64,000 bases of DNA from positions 1,801,667-1,865,666 of the forward strand of contig NW_019091356.1 in NCBI RefSeq assembly GCF_001949145.1, read 5' to 3'. Positions 60,319-64,000 of this stretch are shown one piece after another. Under the pieces are notes generated by a model that searched no databases, had not been told where the DNA came from, and worked only from the letters and a program-made list of their open reading frames with translations. The stretch comes from Acanthaster planci. Lineage: Eukaryota. Position numbers and translations under genes: made by a program. Numbering within the stretch: position 1 is the first letter of the stretch; each line of letters begins with the position of its first letter.

Positions 60319-60585
60319 GGTGCCCAATTTCAAGGAGCTGCTTTTGGCAGAAAAGTCGGGCTAACTTTAGCAGAAAACTGCTAACATTAAGCACTATTTC
60401 AGGGCAGTCCTTGGTATGGTTGTGCAAATAGTTGCATGCGCATAGAGATTCTACTGAACATTACATCACTAAGTTTAAGCAAATCATTCCATTCAAGTTA
60501 GCATGTCTTTGGCTGTGTTCACTGCTCATGGTCTCCATGAAATACGTGGGGCGTCTATGCTAAGCAGTGCCGTGAAATTGGGCCC
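60319..60585. mobile_element. MITE (related TIR family) inserted in gene C 3'UTR
   Basis: Inverted ends gcccaatttcaaggagctgctt ... aagcagtgccgtgaaattgggc. Absent from the homologous site near 53175. Confidence 0.7.
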
Positions 60586-61069
60586 AGATTTCATAACATT
60601 TTTCTCAAATTAGCAAGATGACAAACCTTTACAAAAGACTAAATTGGTATACACAGCATGTATTTTTATATCTACCTCTATCAGAAGTGTCTTTTTTTAC
60701 ATCTCAAGAGCAGATGGCATGAGCATATTTAAAATATGAAATTAATTTAACAAAACCAATGTGCCCAATAAAACAAACTATATTCTCTAAGTTATACCTT
60801 ATAACTTTACCTATTATTTAAAAAATATCATAAACAGTACTAAGGGTTTGTACTGATATCCAGAACTTTAAAATAAAATCTAGCAAAATATTTGTACCAT
60901 GTCCCACAGCATAAAACTTGAGCTGACTGAAGGCATTGGACAAGTTGGGTATTTCAAAAAGGCAACACCATTCAAGAACAAGACATCTGATGCCCGAACA
61001 TGTTTACGATGTCTGCCTAACAGCCACTTTGGCAGGGCCAACCTCAAGTGAGTGTTGACGTTCTGAAAT

Positions 61070-61240
61070 GCAGTATTGCATTCGAATGCATCACAAGTCC
61101 TTCCATAAGGCCAGTCATGTGTGACAGGGTGAACAATGACAAAAGAATGCTTTTGTCACAGATCAGTTGAATAGCTTGTGGCTTGTGATGGACTTACAGG
61201 GACTTGCTGGGACATGTGATGGACTCGAATACAACACGGC
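61070..61240. mobile_element. MITE-like insertion with ~30-bp imperfect TIRs
   Basis: gcagtattgcattcgaatgcatcacaagtcc versus ggacatgtgatggactcgaatacaacacggc. Absent from the homologous site near 53690. Confidence 0.65.
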
Positions 61241-61493
61241 TGGAATGACCTGCAATATGCTTCATTTTGAGCATGCCTTGTTGAACTGCCCAACTAGCTT
61301 GCAGGCTTAGAGCCTGGAACTCTCTCTGCAGGGTACCGGGGTTAATGGCAGGCTGTTTTGGCATTGATATTTTCTTCAGAGGCTGCTAAGAAGAGCATCA
61401 ATATGCATATCCCTCCTTAGGAATTGGCCAGGAGAGGGTTTGGGGGCAATTTTATAGGATCAAGGACAATGCATACAGAACCATATCATCCTG

Positions 61494-62006
61494 NNNNNNN
61501 NNNNNNNNNNNNNNNNNNNNNNNNNNNNNNNNNNNNNNNNNNNNNNNNNNNNNNNNNNNNNNNNNNNNNNNNNNNNNNNNNNNNNNNNNNNNNNNNNNNN
61601 NNNNNNNNNNNNNNNNNNNNNNNNNNNNNNNNNNNNNNNNNNNNNNNNNNNNNNNNNNNNNNNNNNNNNNNNNNNNNNNNNNNNNNNNNNNNNNNNNNNN
61701 NNNNNNNNNNNNNNNNNNNNNNNNNNNNNNNNNNNNNNNNNNNNNNNNNNNNNNNNNNNNNNNNNNNNNNNNNNNNNNNNNNNNNNNNNNNNNNNNNNNN
61801 NNNNNNNNNNNNNNNNNNNNNNNNNNNNNNNNNNNNNNNNNNNNNNNNNNNNNNNNNNNNNNNNNNNNNNNNNNNNNNNNNNNNNNNNNNNNNNNNNNNN
61901 NNNNNNNNNNNNNNNNNNNNNNNNNNNNNNNNNNNNNNNNNNNNNNNNNNNNNNNNNNNNNNNNNNNNNNNNNNNNNNNNNNNNNNNNNNNNNNNNNNNN
62001 NNNNNN
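61494..62006. other. Assembly gap
   Basis: Run of N. Confidence 1.
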
Positions 62007-63141
62007 TTAGAATCCCGCTACAGTCCTTGTTCACTAACAAATTCAGGATTACATCAATTATTACAGATAGACCCCTACTGAGTGGCAGCACTGCCCTAGT
62101 ATTGAAAAGTCAACGGGCAAACCCAACTCAACCAGAGCAATTCTCAAGGCCGAAAAAAACTTGTTGAGCACAAACAACGTATGCGTTCAACTTGGAGATA
62201 TATTTCAACGAATATTTCAGAGAGGTGGGTATATTTCCATTCCCCTGGCTTGCCAGAGACATGTAATGGCTCCAACAAGCAGGGCACTGATTCTCCTGGT
62301 ACTCTTCCCAATGCAATCTGGAGTTGTATTTGTAATGAGGAACATAAATCAAAATCTGTGAAGATTTCTCAGTAAAATATGTTCATTTCTGAAAAAAAAG
62401 TAACAAAAAACTTCAGATATGGAAAAGTGCATTCATCGTTCCACTGAATTTTCTCAAAAATCAAAATCAATTAAACTCTTCTGAAAACAAAGTAATATTA
62501 TCAAACTGAAACAAGTGATCAATACCTCTGTAATTTCATTTCATAAAATTGTACAAGCAAAACAAGGATATGTAGTGGTCACATAACCATCAATTTCTTT
62601 CAAAATGTAATTATCTCAATAACTGTCAGTCACTAGGTTTTTCTTTTGGGGGGGTGCTTAACTTACACCCACTAATTTTTTTGTCTATGAAATGTTTTAT
62701 TTCTAAATGTTTGCTCCAATCTCAAGGAAATGGAAATGAGGTTATGCAGATGTCAAACCCACATCTACCAATTTGAACAGTTGAAAGAGCCTATTATTAA
62801 CTCTGCCAATCGTGGGGTCAATCTACTTTTGCTGTAACATCTGACAGGATTATATAGCAAATACTGAAAAGCTTGGAATGTGTCAAACACAAACAAGATT
62901 ATTCACTTTTTTCCACATTTTGAAGTTTACGGCCAGTTAACATTTTAACAAACCTGCCATTTACTGCACATGGCAATTCACTGGGTTGCACAAAGAAATT
63001 CAAGCGAGCATTTCACTTAGACTTTACTTACAAAAGTGCTGTAAGACATGGTTAATTTTTGTTTTTAGTTACATTGCCACAGAAAAGGCACAGACACGCT
63101 GTTACTTATGTCAACTTACCAATATGTGGGGAGACGGGGTA

Positions 63142-63864
63142 CTACATATCCGCATCCGAGCTCTCCACCAGGTGGATATGATCGTTGTGCCTGTGAGATC
63201 GCCGACGGTACCACACCAGTGCCACGACGGCTGCCGCTACCATGACGACGGCGACCACACCCACAACTGCACCAATAGTTGCTGCAAGCAGGTGGACAAA
63301 CAATCGTCAAAGTGCATGAGTGCCTGTTGTTAAAACACACGGCTTTTCAATATCTTCTTCCAATTCCTAACAAACTTGTACCCTATCGATAAATGTTGTT
63401 TGATTTTTTTCTCTGTTAGTAGTTACAGATCATTAGCACTTGCCAACAATAAATCGGTGTCATTTTGCGTACCTTTTTCCAGGGGGGGTCAGGTCAGAGA
63501 TTTTGTTTCAATGTCTCATTTTTGCGGACAAGCAGAAATGATGATGACACATTATACGTGCCATTTACAATGGCATTGGTGCATTTACTTTAGTTGTTTT
63601 GTAATATTTTCCCCAATTGTTTCCTTTTTTTGTCTCGGGGGGGGGGAGGGTTGGCCCCCCATGGATCTGCACCTGCACAACTATCCTTACCACAAGAATA
63701 ATATGACAAGATGAAATAAAACTACATAAGACTGGATTGACACAAAGCCTATAACCATAATGTGTGTGTGTGGGACTTACCGGCCTGTGAGTTGGGCTGG
63801 GTCGACTTGCCAGGTTCGCCACCTCCACCTTTTGGGGGCTTGACAGGGTTATTGTTGGGGGGAC
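63142..63864 (-). CDS. 3' coding exons of a third family member (gene C): stalk and TM/tail; gene extends past window end
   Basis: Exon 63864-63781 (84 nt, phase 1-1, GPPNNNPVKPPKGGGGEPGKSTQPNSQA) and exon 63281-63142 (ATIGAVVGVVAVVMVAAAVVALVWYRRRSHRHNDHIHLVESSDADM*). A GTAAGT donor follows 22 nt after the stop, the last-exon acceptor is at 61491-61492, and minus-strand AATAAA is at ~59337-59342. Confidence 0.8.
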
Positions 63865-64000
63865 CTGATTAGCGATTCCATCGTGTTAAAGAGGAAAAAA
63901 TAAACAGTGACTTCAATTGTAGATGGTAAAAACAGGCATAATGGCACGCTCTTTTCGAACAAAACTCCCTACAACAACAAAGACAATGATGCTGCACTGT

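Larger units (their letters stand above)
59460..63870 (-). repeat. Tandem duplication homologous to ~52300-55240 (3' ends of genes C and B)
   Basis: Colinear similarity through 3'UTR, last intron, TM exon and stalk exon. Confidence 0.85.

Overview
Intron-rich animal genomic DNA from a draft assembly with three N-gaps. The TACATGTA/TAGGCCTA-rich background and MITE families suggest a marine invertebrate, probably an echinoderm (inference). Genes were rebuilt by hand from GT/AG sites and reading phase. (1) The first three coding exons of GPATCH8 lie on the minus strand, followed by an intron of at least 15 kb whose distal ~6.5 kb carries a dense array of minus-strand 3' splice-site-like sequences. 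(2) A plus-strand tandem cluster holds three 4-exon class I SAM-methyltransferase genes (JHAMT-like size/fold): two intact 273-aa copies and one frameshifted pseudogene, with a BEL/Pao retrotransposon relic between copies 1 and 2. (3) A minus-strand tandem family encodes type I membrane proteins built from an unrecognised ~140-165-aa six-cysteine domain: a complete 15-coding-exon gene with three domains (~625 aa), a one-domain pseudogene, and the 3' end of a third paralogue. The two intact tails carry a dileucine-like sorting motif. Several MITEs, a probable SINE and minisatellites are also present. No database searches were run.
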